The position numbers and the translations under genes were made by a program. A stretch of 64,000 bases of DNA from the NCBI GenBank assembly GCA_002633005.1, contig NMRA01000628.1:166359-230358 (forward strand), read 5' to 3'. Below are positions 49,143 through 63,524 of the stretch, in pieces (the stretch's first letter is position 1; the number at the start of each line of letters is the position of its first letter). The notes under the pieces were generated by a model. It made no database searches. It worked only from the letters and a program-made list of their open reading frames with translations, and was not told the DNA's origin. The stretch is from Phoronis australis. Lineage: Eukaryota > Animalia > Phoronida.

Positions 49143-52100
49143 AATCTCTGAAAATACACAAGTAAATCTCTAACTTTTAGTTTATCATATCCTGCATCAG
49201 CCGTGAATACTCTGAACAGAAACGTTCCACTTTGCAACATAATCTGCACTTTCATTAAGTGATTAAACATCTCGTTCATATACTGCGAACAACTCCTCCA
49301 GTGAGAGGGAAAGAGCCAATCAGGTAGCACGAGGCTTCTAATTGGCAATGAATGTCGGAATGCCTCTTCTTTTTCTGAATAATACCTTGCGGTAGGTTAA
49401 CAATTCTCGCGTGTATATTTTGTTTACCTAGTATCACGGCAGAAATTGAAATTGATCTTTCCGCTCTAAGCGCAAACCCCGTGATCTGACATGCGTGTTA
49501 GAAAATAGTCTTGTACACACTCATGTATATGTATATTGCACATCACACAGAGAATGGCCCACGTTTTACTTAGCTCTGGCAGCGTAGCATGTTTGTCGAT
49601 CGTCCTGCAGTCGTGATTGCCTAGCGAAGTATTTGGCGTTTTTTCAGTGTTTTGGGTGAGTATTATTCAAAATAACGACACGGCGAAACTGCCACCCACT
49701 CGAGATCTTACATAAAATAATACCAACGACTTCTCATTGACTGATTGGTCGATATGTTTGTTTAGCGAGTATAAGCGAGTTTGAAAGCGAAGTCTCTTAT
49801 GAACTATCAACAGACGATAAAAATACGCTAAGGGTAATGACACAATACGGAGACGAGATGACTCCAAACGCCAATTATTGGCACATGTATATTGTATATT
49901 TTTGTCTCGGCTCGAGTATTCAAACTGATCAAAATCATTTAAATGGCGAAGAAAATTGAACGGCTGCCAACCGATTCCGTCTGCGCACATTAAGTTCTAG
50001 TGTGTAACAGCTTTGAAAATTCAGTGTTTTTGGAGATTTGCGATTTTATTTCACATGGAGCAACAATTATGCATATACATCTACACTAGACTATGACAGA
50101 GCAAGTTTGGGAGGAAATCTCAAAACCTGATCCATTTCTTTTTGTATTTCTTCACATTTCTGAACGTGGCAAATGTAAATGCAACATTTTCAATGCACGA
50201 TTTGACTACAGTAAAAGTAAGCAAGATTTAGCTCTAGACCCGACCAATGAAGAATAAGTGGCGCTCAGAAGGAAGAGCAGAATGAAACATAGGATTTCAG
50301 TTGGTGTAACATCGTGCGATGAAAGCAATGCCAAGTGATCATATACATTTTGATCAATGGGCTTCATTTCTGGTGTTTTTCCTTACACGGAAAACTTTTA
50401 ATCTCGATTAAAATGGTTCTCTGCCGAGCTATTCTTCAGCGGATTCACTAAATGTCGTCTTTTCTACATCACTGCTTGGCAGTTTTCGGTCTGCTGTCTC
50501 GCGGTCGAGCCGGTCGCGCCACCTGGCGACTAAGATTTCAGGTAAATCGTTGCCTACGGCATGAATTTTAATCAAAATCTACAAGGTGCGTGTTCACAAA
50601 CTGGCAGGTTAGAGATTTGTGAGATCTCGCCAATGGATTAACGGATATTCGGTCCACAAGTTGCTAATTAACCAATGAAACGTATATATCCATCTACATA
50701 TTCACACAACAGGTGGCGAAAAAAACACTTGTCACACAAACACCAAACTGTGGAAAGGTCACGTTTGTTTCTACATTAGATATTCTGGGCCCATTTGCAT
50801 AAAATATATGTTATACGCCGTATAGCAACAATGACGTAGCTTTACCACGCATTAGGTTGTTATTGTTGAACAGTGCACCTGACGTCATGCAACAAACAAA
50901 CTTATCCAGCGGATAATTTTGAAGTGTTATGAAACCCAGCGCTGATAGTCAGTGCCGCTATCCGAATTCATTAAATAGCTGGTGATTGTAAAGAGGACTG
51001 TATTTTTATTCACACTCTCACCTGCATGCATTCGCGAACCCAGTCTATAAAGTGGGAACTCGAATTTTTAAGAATGTGGACCTTTTACTAAAAAAAACGG
51101 AGTACGTTCACAGCTGTTAATTCTACATTCGCTGAATGTAGGTACATGTAGTTACAGACTTTTCAGTGGACTTTTGTCTCGTTTTATACTTTTTCGGAGT
51201 TTTCGGTTCTCTGAGGCGGAACTTTTTGCCCACTTCCAAAATAGGTTGCTAGTTAGAGANCCCCCCCCCCCCTGCGTGTGCGCATGTAACATGTGCCTTA
51301 TTTAAGGTCGTGCTATTATTGACAAAGTGCCTGTAGCTTGCTAAGAGCAAATAAACATTCAAAGTAGATTTTGACGACTTCATCGCACACAGGTTCATGT
51401 TTGGTCTATCATAATACGCAGGTTTATGCATAGTCTAGTATGGAAGCCAATAGGTACTATCGTCGTATCTTTTGCTTAACATTCAGTTGGCGCACGCACT
51501 TCAAATTCAATTGTACGCATAGGCGTCATTGGCCAACGTAGAAGGGCTGCTTGCGAGAATGTGTCGCCTGCTGTATTTAATCACTTCCAGGACACAAATC
51601 ACGAATCATAATACGTCAATGTCAAGATCCTGCACAGAGAAAAATGGCTTCAGAGAAGTGATAGGGAGGCTATGTTACTCAAATCACTCAATCCCTCACT
51701 TAACAAATAACGTGGAGATCGGTTTAAAGTGTCGTCTGCTTAGGATGAGAGAGTTTACGTGAGCTTGGTAACGAGATGATGTCGAGAGCCTGTGATAAAG
51801 CTAGAGACGACGGTTCCTGCTAATCTATAGCACCATCTTCCATCCGAAGGAAGCGTGAAGCCTCTTAGGTTCTAACAGATTAATTGTGTGAGTATTGATT
51901 AGCACACATAACGCAATTCGACATCAAATGAACTTAACTGGATAGCTCAACAACTACACTTTATTATAACTCTCACTTTAGCATACCCACGATCTGTTCA
52001 AATGGTATTTTTGCGAGTTTTCGCGTTCCATGTCCCTTTTAAGTCAGCCAGCAAAAATCAGCAGTTTTAGATTAAATAATAAAATTATTAACGATTGTGT

Positions 52101-53332
52101 GCTGGGTTTTCAGTAAAAAACCTGTCAGACGCAGGCGACCATAACCAAAGCATCAATATCAACCTTCTATTAAACTTAGTGATGGGAGTTCCAAGCTGAA
52201 TTTTGACACGACTCGGACATATTATGTGCTTATGTGTCCACCATCGGCTAGTAAATATTGCTTGATAACTCGCAATGCTGAACTCTAATATTACCATGGT
52301 AACTGCAGCCATGGTAACGAAATTCAAACGCTCTTAGTTGTACAGCTAGTCTCTCAATGGGTCCTGGTAAAAATATTAAAAATCTAGTTAACAAAGTCAA
52401 AAACTAAAATAATGAGCGAGAGACTATTCAATTATTAACGTTAGTAAATATTGCCCAGGTAACATGTCTTTACCATCAAAACCTTAATTACGAGACTAGT
52501 GGTGATTTGGCTGGGTGGGTATGAGAGAGAGACTGGGAAAGAATCAAGTTAAGTGTTATGTTCCAATGCAAAAACTTAAAGGCAACGGATTGATTTACAG
52601 AAAATGAAGACGAATTTCCGCCGAAAAATACTCTGCGAAAGACCGCTTTAAGTTTGGAAGAGGCTCTTAAAACTCCCTCTAACCAAGTTGGCCAAGCATA
52701 TGCTTTGCTAAATCTACGTTGAATTTCCATTGTATGGTCGTCCAAGAGATGAAAAAAATATCCCTTAAAAGTATATTAAACCCTTATTAAATTATGAACA
52801 GATAATAATCCCGACAATAAACAGCTCAGGTGTACATTCCTGAAACTAAATGATTATCCTGTAATTTTCATCAATCTTAACCAGTTTTGCGAAAGGTTGT
52901 AAATATTTTATTAGTGTCTGCTATATGTAGATAACCAAGTATATCTAACGCTTGGGGCGAGTAGAAAGATTGATGACGAAGCAAACGGTCCACTTTACGT
53001 CACTACATTTTAGAAATTCACAGTGAGTCCTTCGGAAGTTTCTTCAGTTTTAGTTCTGTTGAAAATTCAAGATGCTCATCTTGGATTGAACTCTCCTCTT
53101 TGGTGGAGACAGAAAAATACATTAAACGACATAACTATATTTCAAAATGATTTGTGTAACAAGGAAAGGATATCCAGCCCAGATTTTTGCCCTTTTGACC
53201 GATTTCTTGAATTTAAAATAAGTTTCCCTGCATTACGATGTTGAATTGTCCAACAGAACAAGTGCCTGAGGCGTGTGTTGCATTGTGGGTAAATCTATAA
53301 TAGAGAATGCTGGAACAAGTATGAACTGCCTC

Positions 53333-53876
53333 CCGTTCAGTAACACTAGAACCTCGCTAAAAAGCAAGACTTCGCGAGAACACGTGACTTTGACTAGGTT
53401 TTAGCTAGGTCCTAGCGTAGGTACTAGCGTCTACTGAACGCACGCCCGGACTGCCAGGCAATCACCTGGTGGCAAGACGGTCTCGTCCATTGGTGGGCTC
53501 ATCTAGAACTCAATGCTACAAAACAGGTTGTAGAAGCCGACATTTAGTGTGTCCTCCAACGAAGAGTAAGGCAAAGAAACAATTTAAGGGAACTTGGAAT
53601 AGCAGAGTAAGTTATTAGCAGAAATGGTCAGTTCAATACCTGTGTATGCTTTTGATGTTCGATACTACATCATCGGATGATGTAATGTCTTTTCTTCTTA
53701 AAGTACCGCGCCTGATTGCACGTGGAGATAATCTGATCGGATCTGAGTATAAAAATGTAATACACGCTTGATTTGGCTTACGAAGTACGGTATGTACTCG
53801 CTCTGAAGACATTAGTTCAGTATTCGTATACGGCAGGTCCTAGCGTAGGTCCTAGCGTCTACTGAACGCACGCCTG
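53333..53876. repeat. 40-bp motif repeated directly (53407-53446, 53835-53874) plus an inverted partial copy near 53333
   Basis: aggtcctagcgtaggt(a/c)ctagcgtctactgaacgcacgcc. Confidence 0.75.
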
Positions 53877-54191
53877 GTCAATGTCGGAATTTCACGTTGG
53901 AAGATCATAACTAGAAGAAAGTGCAGCTTTACGGGAGATCATGACTTGAAATTATTTGAAAGCACTAATGATCAAGATGTCTCTGAAATTTACATAAGCC
54001 CAATCGGAAACATATTTTCCAACTATCCACGTCAATGTAATTACTTCAAGATCACCTGCCTTTTTCAATATTTACGTATAAACTGGTAACTTGTTACGTA
54101 CATCTGTGAGAATGAAAATCGAAATCTTGTCAGTGATGTCGTCACCTGTCCACTCTAATGATGCACACTATTCTAAAATACGATTGTGATA

Positions 54192-54400
54192 CAGGGTGAC
54201 CCAAAAACTGGTCCGATTGAAAGCGATTTTCGACATTTCCTGCTTGATCAAAAATATTCCCATTATGTACTGGCAAAATATTCCAAATTTTAATCGTTGG
54301 TATAAGAATAGTCTTCATATATAACACAATATGCAATGAATTAAGGACATCTCCAACCTTATTCATAAAAATTGGCCATTTTTCAATATTTCACGTGTCT
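54192..54400. mobile_element. Single Tc1/mariner-like end
   Basis: ta|cagggtgacccaaaaactgg terminus. Partner end not found, so the right boundary is arbitrary. Confidence 0.4.
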
Positions 54401-56257
54401 AGCAAAATACCAAATCTTCATTCTCGGGGAACTTCAAATACAAATAGATACCGCGTAGCGAGAAAAAAAGATTTAGCAGAACCTCACATTCGTGTGGATA
54501 TTTGTTTACTAATTATCCAAGGTCAAAGGTTAAAGGGCTTTCAATCAAATCTAATCTCCCGCCAGGCACAAAACAGCTTCGTATACCCTCAGTCCTTTCA
54601 TTCATAAAGTCGCCATAACATTGAGTCAACTTATGATAGAGTGGCCCCGGGGAAAACAGAGACAAAACATAGTTTTGAGCATCAAGGGAGTTGTGCGTCT
54701 ACGTGCATACGACTGTTGGCGTTGAAAACGACTGCTACCAGTCGCCCCAGGCTTCTGTGGTCATGAACACAGCAAGTTGTGAAAAGATAAATCCATACCC
54801 TAATTAATGAATTCAATTAATAAGTTGATATTTCGATATTTCGATCTCATGCTAACGACATACTTTAACCACCGATTCGATTTTTGTTATACATTTCTTA
54901 CTTGGTTTCGTATCAGTCCTCAGCACGTGACGTGAACAGGCTAACAGTGAACTGTGACCTACTTAGAAAGTAGGTCGTAAACAACAGTAAAAGTTAATTG
55001 GGAACGATACGTCTATTTGAGGTTTCAATGATAATTAATTTAATTATGCACCGCAAAATCAGTTGACATTGCGAGTGAACGTTGAAATAGCTATATGTTA
55101 TGTGTACCGAAAACAAGTTTTCACCGAATAATTAACCGGAGACTGAGATTTTCACTCGTCCCAGTTTAATCGGCTTTTTCTCGGCTTTGGCAAATCGACT
55201 TTATTTGAACTTAGGAACACTAACTAGTTCTCGAAAACGGTTTGGTGGACTTCGCTGAAACTTTCCCAAACTTAATATTTAGTCATCAGTCTCAAAACTC
55301 TATTAAGAGTTTTGATATAAAGGTCTAGTTTTTGCGCAATGTGACAAAGACGAATACGATTTCGTTTTTTGCAAAAAACCTTACTTTTTCGGAGTTGATT
55401 TGTCATAAAAACCAAACAAACAGACTAATTGAAAATTTCAACAAGCATTTTGAAGTAACTGGTGAAGATTTCATTTAAAAAGGTTTCATTAAAATCGACC
55501 GAGGCGTTATTTTGCTATGAATGAATCTTTCTTAAAATATAATTTTGACTTAAAAAGGTTTATACTTCAAAAAATAACGGAATGTAAATACAAAAAGAAT
55601 TTTTATATTTCCTGGTCTTTGTTCTTTCAGAAAATATATACTTTTAGTAGTTGACAAAGCTTACTCTTTGGATATACGAGTCAGAATGGAGGCCACTAAA
55701 TAAGGTTTTAGATAACCTTAACGACAGCATCGCCGCACAATAAATGCTAGAATTTCCTTTGTTTTGTATTTATAGGGCACAAAATGAACTTGTACAATCT
55801 GGAATGTTATTAAAACAGGAACAATTCGCACAAATCGGAATGCGAGTGTTCGCTATCCATTTCTCTTAAGTTTATAAAGTGTTAAGTTTGGTGGAATTCA
55901 CTTCCACGGCTAATCACGTGTTGCCAAACTGGAGAAACAAAATATGTGTATGCGCATGTTGTACAATAAGTGATGTTTTTTTGGAAAGAGCATCGGCTGG
56001 GAAGCAGCATTGACTCAATTATTATACATTAAGGTTCGTTTTCTAATACTTCAACTGAAATGAATCTGCTAATATTTTAGTTCACGTCACGTCTGGAAAC
56101 GGCCATGACATTCAAAGCACCTGACTGCGCTAGAAGGGCTCGATCAAAACCGCATACATGCGAGCGCTTCATCAAATAGTTATGCAAAGTAATTAATACA
56201 TGATCTCCCAAGTCACGAACATGGAAGCTTGAATCAGGATCCAATTATCCTGACACA

Positions 56258-57181
56258 ATTCAAGCAAATCCTAGTTAACACATGAAACCTCTGCAGCGAA
56301 GGCCAGATATCGGTTTTGACCTAGACGTACTGATACAGCGTTCGCAAGCCGTTTTATCAGACTGCAGGTGGGATATCTGTTCCGTCGTCTGGAAAATAAC
56401 ATGCGGCCTATCGTCAGGTGTTTTTTTTAAACTTTTTCATCGTCAGTCCTCAAATCAGATCACCTACTTGATTTTCTAAACGTAGAAGGCTACATGTACA
56501 TTGCAATGACGGTTTTGGCAAGGAACTGTTATCCCAACTGATTGCTTGTGATTGGTCAAAATATCGGCATTATGCACCTCAGTGATATGCAAATTGACAC
56601 AGATAATCAGAAGCAGGATTAAAGCGTCTGGTGTGTCAGCAACTGAACGCAGTATTAGTTTTTAGATGCACGTAGGCATACATGTACGCAAGGTGAATCC
56701 AGATTTGGGTTAAAGGAGTACATGTATATGTATGTACCCAAGTTCATTACGCTCTTGCCTACTAGACTGTCAAAAAGTGTGCTTTTAATTGCCAATGAAC
56801 CACTGTTGATTTGTTACAACAAAACAATATTTAAGAATAGTTAAATATATCAATCATTTATCCTCCGCACTTTGGGACTAATGTTGGATGGGATAGAATC
56901 CTTGAAGTTATTATTATTGGAGGATGGGATAGACTTCTTGAAGTTATAATTATTGTTGGATGGGATAAGAATTTTTAAGTTGTTACCTTTGACTTGGGCT
57001 TTAAGCCGTTTTGTTTTTGGGATTTTGTTACAATTTTGCCAATTCTAGCCGATGAATGCTTGACATTCGCTGAAATCAAGGTCGTTGAATACGCTGTATC
57101 AGTACGTCTACATGTAGGTCAAAACCAATATCCGGCCTTCGCTGCACAGGTTTCATGTGTTAACTAGGATTTGCTTGAATT
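56258..57181. mobile_element. Non-autonomous element with about 85-bp inverted repeats
   Basis: aattcaagcaaatcctagttaacacatgaaacct...gatacagcgt at 56258-56341 is the reverse complement of 57091-57181. An outer IR ctcgatcaaaac / gttttgatcgag (about 56139 and 57459) may mark larger ends. Confidence 0.75.
56882..56985 (+). repeat. About 35-bp tandem repeat, 3 units
   Basis: ggatgggataga...tgaagttat repeated. Confidence 0.8.
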
Positions 57182-60100
57182 CTGCCATGCATCCCGAGTG
57201 AAAAAAACGGAATAGTAAGAACGTACATGTACGCTCTAAATAGTCAAGTCTCGTTTACTACAATACAATGTGTTAAGTTTGGTTGTGTTCCATATATGTG
57301 TCGGTAGGGTGTGGGTTGGTGTCCCGATATTCTTAGCTGTGTCATTGAACTCTTGCAATGGGGTGCAAACTTTCGCACGTGACCTTTGTATTACATTATT
57401 AGAGCTTGTGATCACGAGACTAGCCGAATTGAGAATTTTTGGCTGTCTGCTCGACCGAGTTTTGATCGAGAGTTGTAGTTATCAAATAAAGCCTAATTTC
57501 CTCGCTTTATTTTCATTTTGTCAACCAAGACTCTTGAGGTACGGTTCTATACAATCAGCGATTTCTCTGAAAATCAGTCAATAAACTCGACATTTACACT
57601 ACTCATTATTTATACATGTACAGTACATGTAGACACCGACTTGTTGCCCTGAGTGGATGCCGGCAGCAGTTTGGCCTATAACTCTTCAGTTCCACTCGTA
57701 GAACCACTTTCGACAACCTTCCATACTACAATGATGCCTGGAGTTTTGCAACAAGAATTTTTAGGTGTTAAAATTACAGCATTTTACGCAATTACTGTTT
57801 TCTATTGTTTCTATAATTCATTTGTGTAATGTTTATAGGTTGCCCAGATGCAGTTTTTTGTTAATTCGATTTCAGTGAATTAGGCCAAATGTTTTCTGTT
57901 GTATTTACGAATACCAGTGAATCAAAGTTTTAAAAAATGAAAAGTTTGCCTTATAAGCGAAGCCAATCCAGTGCTTCCTGATGCTGATACCGTACACTGT
58001 ATATGGTTATTGCCCCACTCTTGACGGTCTGAACTACTTTTTTGAAATGTTTTACGCCATCCCGCCACACCATCGAAAAGTCCTGCTTTTTGCAGTAGGG
58101 CCAAAATACACATTATCATGTATACTATTGCAATTTTCCACGCTATATCGCCATATTTTCCAGTTCAACTAAAAAGAAAAAAAATCGGAACGTTTCATGG
58201 GTTTTTGCGGCCCACGCAATTTCCTATTTAAAGAAAAAACGCATTCTCGGGTGTTACATCTCCCGTTTGACAAAAACGCTGTCGGTACATCTCATCAGCG
58301 CACCCGGCCCAAAACATGGGGAGCTCGAATTTTGGGAATGCGGACATTTTACAGGGTACGTTCGGAACTATAAAAAGAGCATTCACCGAATTTTATAGTT
58401 TCTATCTTTTTAGTTGAATTTTGTCTCGTTTCCTACTTTATTGAAGCTTTTGTCTCTCTGAGGAGGACCCTTTTTCCCACTTCATCAGATGGGGGGTGAC
58501 TCGAGCCTCCCGAGCCCCCCTTGGTACATCTGCGTGTGTTGCTGAAAACACTTCACACTTACATTTTGGATTAGACCCAGAAATCCCGCTTTTCAATCCT
58601 GTTATTCCGATTTTTCGTTCTTTAATGTTGACCGGGAAAGCAACGCAACAGGTATTCAAAATAACATTGTCTCTTTTTATGAGTAATGTTATTTTCCAGT
58701 TTTCAGTTTCTTTACTAACATAACAATCGTAAAAATGTCTTCCGTTGCCTCTTGCTTACCGTAACTGTACACTTTATGTATCAGGATCATTAACTTTTAC
58801 TTTCTAGAGAAAACAGTTTATTTCTTAACTTTTATATGAAGCCCTACACTGCAGTCAATGTCATGACCTATCCACAGTGAATTTCAAAGCTACAAGACGT
58901 TTGTCCATTTTATATCTATCAGAAAACCCATCTCTGCAATATAGTTAGATACTCGGGGTATTTTATAGTGTTTTTCGTAAACATTGTAACTGCATTCGGA
59001 ATTTTTACCGAAGAACGCATCAAATGGCACCAAAGGTCCAATTAAGTATAATATATACACATGTATAAGTTTGGATGAACGCCTGATAAAATTACCCATT
59101 GCAAGTGCGGGGATTTTATATTCTAAAACTCTTCCCTTAAAACGGTAGAAATCTTTTGAATCGTTGAAATTAATTCCCAAATTGCTTAACTAATCATTTA
59201 ATACAACTTCTCTGGTTCATTTCCTTGGTTATGTTACTACATGTATTACTCGCTGTTATTTTTTGCATTTTGGTAGCACTCCTGATATTTGGATATACAT
59301 GTAAATAATATTTTAAACCAGTCAGGTAATGACTTAGGAATTAAATTATTTAACATCCTTTGCTTAAGCTATAATCATAAAGATTTGGCAAAGGGCTTCT
59401 AATGATACAGGTATTGCTCTTGTGTAATTCGGTTGAAAAACGGCGAAGTTGCGAAAAGTTTAATGACAGTGAATTCCATAGGAATTACACAGACACCGGA
59501 ACAAACAAATGCAAACAACCCTCGTGCAGGCTCGGCGCAACCTCAGCGGCCGCAAGATCAAAGTTGACATTCAAAGGGCTAGAGGTCTATGGCTGTATGT
59601 ACTTCGAAGATATTTTATTCAGATGGTCATGCTGCATAAACTGAATATTTCAAAGTCCAACAGCCCTTCAATGTACAATACCTAAACTAACAAACCTTCA
59701 CACAGTCCACTGTATGCCTTCGAACGAAAGGTCATGAACCTTCAAATACATATGAAGGGTGTCCCAAAATTTCACACACAAAATGAACGAATACAAGAAA
59801 ATAACTTAGTTCATCTGGTAGTCATATTCTTGGAACCTCATTTTGCTCTGTTAGAAGTTGATCCTAACAGCATATACATTTCATATGTTTAGTTTTTCAA
59901 CTTCATTCTCTTAAAATATTCCTACGCGCCACAACATGAACACGGCTCTTTCAACTAGCACAGCTTTTGTTGAATTTTAATGCATTTTCCACCGGTGAAC
60001 AGTATGTCTTGGTCGCCATCACAGCGTTAGACAGCGTGTGGCAAGGTTTTAGGTTCGATTCCGCACTGATGAGTGTCTCAGATAAGAGCATTTCTTTTCA

Positions 60101-63100
60101 ATAGTGCAATTTTTAATTTGAAAATCAGTTTTGCTGAACAAATTGTGGGTATGCACACTTCTGTCTGTACAAAAACCGAATATTTTTTTTGTTTTCTGCA
60201 GTAGTATTCAACTGCGACATGTTTGTCCAACTTCTACAAATTGTCGAACTAACTTTGGGTTTCCTGTAAGAAGAATAACACCGTTAGTTTACAGTAAATC
60301 TATATCCTGGATACTTCACGGGAATTTTTGAGACAGCCTTTGTCTTTATGCAGATATAGTGTATGTATGTAACAATGTCCATCATAACCTTATGTGGCGG
60401 TAAATACTACATCCAAACGGGTAATTCGATAGTGAGGGAACAACAAGTTCAGTCACTGATTCTCCAGCTCAGATTCTACCACGCATATTTTATGATGACT
60501 GGACGAAGTCGTGACTTTGAGAACGTGAACACGCCCATTGGCAGCAGAGTGATTAAAATCCAGGCTAATACACAGCGCATCATAACATACAATGTTACGT
60601 AACCTCAGAATCACCTCATTTATGAAGTTGGACTATGAAAGCGAAGAACTTTTGAGAAACACATTTCTGTTTCATTACTTCCAAATGTTACGCCAAGAAT
60701 AATTGGGCAAAAGAACTTCCTGCCGAAGTAAACCTACGCATGGCATTGACCGTTCTTGGCTACTGTTGCTATGCGATAGAAATACTGAGGTTTGCAATAG
60801 GCAAGCGAGCAGAGAAGGTTAATTGTTGCCAGATAGGCAGAATTCAAATAATAACAGCATTCCGATCAGTGACTGCAAGGTACTGAAAAATACTTTATGT
60901 GGCCAACATTTTCATATGTACTGCACGATTCATTTCAGAAGCATTACATAAAAACACCCAACTAAACCAGGTGAAAACCGGCGAAGGAATTCTGCAGATC
61001 TCGGTATTCGTTAAACACAAGGATAGTTTAAGTGGGAGACGAAATATTCATGGAAAGTCTCTACAAATGTGTGTAAATTTTTGTCTAAATAGTTTAGCAC
61101 CACTTGTAGGTATTCAAATAATCCAGAGGTCAACAACAATCGCTGCAAATGAAAAGTATGCCACAAAACTAAGACAAACAGACAAAATCTAAGTCAGTGG
61201 CCAGGGTCAGGTTTCTTAAAGATATTAATGGCTTTCATATTTTGATATGAGCCAGAGGTTAGACAACGCATAGCCAAAAATATTTTTGTCTTTTGCGTTT
61301 GTCTGTTTTGTGCTTTGTCTATTCGAGGAGATGACAGATTTCTGTCTTTTGTCATGAGTTGTAAACAATTGTTCTGTATTTCAGTCTTACCCTAATGTTC
61401 ATGAAACAGGTTAGGCCATCCACAAACAGATATATGGCCGGAAGTCAAAAGACAAAAAGTCGATAGATTCTTTGAGAAACGGGCATTTGATAAGAAGGAA
61501 ACATGATAAAAATATACATTCATGGCAAACAGTGACACCAAACAGAAAAACAAAACAAATAAATGGAAAAACAATATGTACATTTTACTTGTTTGCAATC
61601 CATACCTTGACTCAGCGATCAGATCAACCGTATCAAGCACAGCCATTTACATAAACTCGAACGTTAACCCGAGAAGGTGGATGTGAATTCCGAAGGTTTA
61701 TCAGACCAATAAAATTCAAGGTTGCCATGGTATCAGGCTCAAATCGCCATGCTTTTCTGCCCAATAGGCGCTGACTTTGTCCTTCACGCACACGCATTCT
61801 GAAAGCAATTTCGCGACGTCCGGTCAAGAGTCTAGCGTGGGTGTTCTACATGTATGTACATGTGCAGTAGGGGTTGGTTTCCTTCTTTGCAGTTCAGGGA
61901 CTTGATGTAATCGTCTCGACGGAGTCGCACAAACTTTTCGAAGCGTGGGTTACACTGAGTATCACTGTTTGACAATTCCTGGCAACCAGTGGTTGGCAGC
62001 ATCCTAATTACTTATTGCTGATTGCCAAATGGGTTGCTTGATTGGGTTGAAAAGTAGGGTGCATTCCATACACCATAGGAAGTCGCGAAGACATGAGACA
62101 ACTCCTACGCTAACATTTTTTTGATTTTATTACCCCAACGCCTAAGCGATTTTAAACCAGACTGTGACTTCCAATCCTTCCTAATCCATTCACAAATTAA
62201 TGTGCTTGGCTTTAGCCGCGCTTCGAAAGAAAACTTAATGGCTAATTTCTCTTGAAATGCATCGAATTTTAAATTTCATAGACGGCTAACAATCACTTTT
62301 CAACTTTAAAAATAGTCATGTTGAACTTATTGTTCGTTTTTTTTCCTTGACCTTTAAACAGGTAGGCTAGGCAAGCACGTTTGTTACGTCCGCAGTTACC
62401 TTTTCCAAAACACATTCGGCCATGCCCATGAATAGCGAGCTACACATTAGCTCACTACAATCTGTGGCGTCCCCATAACCCTCTGATGAGCCGAGGAATT
62501 CGCTGGATACTCTGGGGTGAACAGTGCACGCTTTCACGTCCACTTCCGTTCAAATTCTGTTAGCCTTATGAAGCATGATCACGCAAGACTATCCAGGATC
62601 ATGAAACATTCTCGAGTATGTCAGTAATCTTACTAGCGAACCTTTGCGAAATGGTGACTACTCAAGTAATAGGTCCGTAAGACTGGAGTGATCATTCACC
62701 AGTTCAGCTGTAAAAGAGAAGTTATCATGTTCCCAACCCCTCTGGTATTAAAGGTATTTTAAACTCCAGTCCCGTAGCTAATGCGCGCATCAACCCGGAA
62801 AGCCTAAGGGCAATTTCGTCGCATCACATTCCCTCGGAAGTGTTTCGTTTCTGGGCACGTGAGAACTTCACTCTTATGCAATGAATCATGTGATTTTCAC
62901 AGTGGAGACCTGTTGGACAGACAACCTCCTCTCCAAACCTTAAGATTTTAATATGAAAGCAGGGTGATTTTTATGATGCTTTAAAGAAAATAAGTACGGG
63001 AAGTATTTTATTTCAAACAATAACCAAAGCAATGTCTTCAGCTTCCGAGTCACGAATGGTAACCTTTGATAATAATTAAAATCTGCCTTTGGGCCTGCTT

Positions 63101-63484
63101 TAGTTCCTGGAAAAATACTCAAATTTATCTCATCAAACAAGTAAGGACAAGAAACTTCAAAAACCTCGTATTTAAGTATTCAGAAATTCTAGTGCTTGAA
63201 GCGTTCTTGTCTCGCTTTCGCCAGTGAACGTTGTCTACGGCCAATCGGGCGGTGCGCAGATCAGTGGTATATCTCCTCACCCTCGCTGGTTCCATGCGTG
63301 TCTTCTTGGGGGTACAAGACACGCAGGTATCATTTAGTTCCCCTCGAAAAATTTTTTTACACCGACGTTTATGATCGGCTGGTCGAATTGTCAGCAAGAA
63401 GTGTTCGCTGTGGAAATGGTGACTTATAAGTCCACTAAAGTTCCGGCTGGGTAGCAATTGCTTCAGGTCACTAAAATAAATGAA

Positions 63485-63486
<2 letters not shown>

Positions 63487-63522
<36 letters not shown>
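63487..63522 (+). repeat. (ATTG)n microsatellite
   Basis: Direct reading. Confidence 0.95.

Positions 63523-63524
<2 letters not shown>

Noticed and set aside
48721-49173. Antisense ORFs over the synaptotagmin exon and over 9626-9964
   Set aside because: Shadow frames of the opposite-strand coding sequence.
60020-60070. tRNA B-box ggttcgattcc
   Set aside because: No cloverleaf or convincing A-box. At most a decayed SINE.
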